From assembly GCA_030390025.1 (NCBI GenBank), contig CM059429.1, positions 139,066,001-139,130,000 on the forward strand: 64,000 nt of DNA, given 5' to 3'. A program made the position numbers and the translations under genes. Under the pieces are notes generated by a model, which searched no databases, was not told where the DNA came from, and saw only the letters and a program-made list of their open reading frames with translations. This document shows positions 63,205 through 64,000 of the stretch, piece after piece (position 1 is the first letter of the stretch; the number at the start of each line of letters is the position of its first letter). The DNA comes from Squalus acanthias (Eukaryota).

Positions 63205-63750
63205 TGTCAGAGCTCCTCCTGTTCTTGAAGTCTCCCTTTAGTTATGTGCCAGATTTCCCTGGAGGCAGAGTGGCAGTGGGTTAGTGAAAGCCTTGTTGAA
63301 GGGTTTTGAAGATGTATGAGGCAGCTTAATATAGTGTACATACTTAGGGGAAGAAGTAGCAAGTGCAGCCAAGAGGAGGAAGTAGTTGTGAGGGCAGTAG
63401 TAGGTGTTGAGTGTGCGTGTGCAAGCAAAAGGAGGCGTGGTGAAGTTGTAAATGGAAAAGCTTGGGAAGTGGAGGAGAGAGGGATTTATAGTGTGTTGCA
63501 GTGCTATGTAGAGAGTAAGAGAGATGTGTAGCGGAGTTGTACGTTGGCAGTCCTGGTGAGGTCATTAAATTTCTCCTTGGAATAATGTTCTGACATTGAC
63601 TTGCTCAACCATCTCTCTCTATTGCTGCTGACTCATTTAACAGGGCACCCATGGGAGGGAAAGAGGACCTTAATCTGATTCATAACTTGCTCCATGAGCA
63701 CCTCCATGACTGCATCAGTGAATTGGGTGGCCCTGGATGACATCATGCTG
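63205..63750 (-). pseudogene. Decayed Harbinger Myb/SANT gene (exon 1 and start of exon 2)
   Basis: RATQFTDAVMEVLMEQV...EKFNDLTRTAN|gt; ctccag|GNLAHN*RETSRTGG. Confidence 0.6.
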
Positions 63751-64000
63751 CCTGCTGCTTCATTATCTCGCTCTTCACTGACCATTTTTGAAAGTACACT
63801 TCCCACTTTAAAGGGCTACAGGTTGCCTTGAAATGGCAACCTCGTCGCCAGACTTCCCACCCTCCCAATCAGTGAGCTGCCTATAAGGAGTGTGATTAGC
63901 ATTGGCAGCTCGCCTCTTGTATTTGAATCAGGCCCAATCGCAAAAATTGATGAGTCGGAGGCCCTGTCCACTGCCCGATCGATATACACTCCACACGGAA

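Noticed and set aside
1-64000. CRISPR array or prokaryotic system
   Set aside because: No regularly spaced repeats or operon-like genes; content is vertebrate transposon DNA.

Overview
Repeat-dense, apparently gene-free vertebrate DNA. The repeat complement (HER1-like CR1 LINEs, Deu-domain tRNA SINEs, L2, Penelope fold-back elements, many PIF/Harbinger elements and MITEs) points to a shark or other cartilaginous fish; this is inference. No host protein-coding gene was recognised. The standout is a minus-strand endogenous foamy (spuma)-like retrovirus relic at about 40.5-43.05 kb. It has RNase H plus a full integrase in one frame with 3 internal stops, followed after only ~600 bp by a PPT and a TG-starting LTR-like segment, with no recognisable env. 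A near-intact CR1 truncates it on the 5' side, and a MITE sits in that CR1's tail. Other notable structure: Harbinger elements with a conserved 3-exon Myb/SANT gene, a long HARBI1-like transposase ORF, Penelope hairpins with hammerhead-ribozyme cores and target-site duplications (TSDs), and a palindrome at a fixed position in different MITE families. All protein and family comparisons are from recalled motifs; no searches were run.
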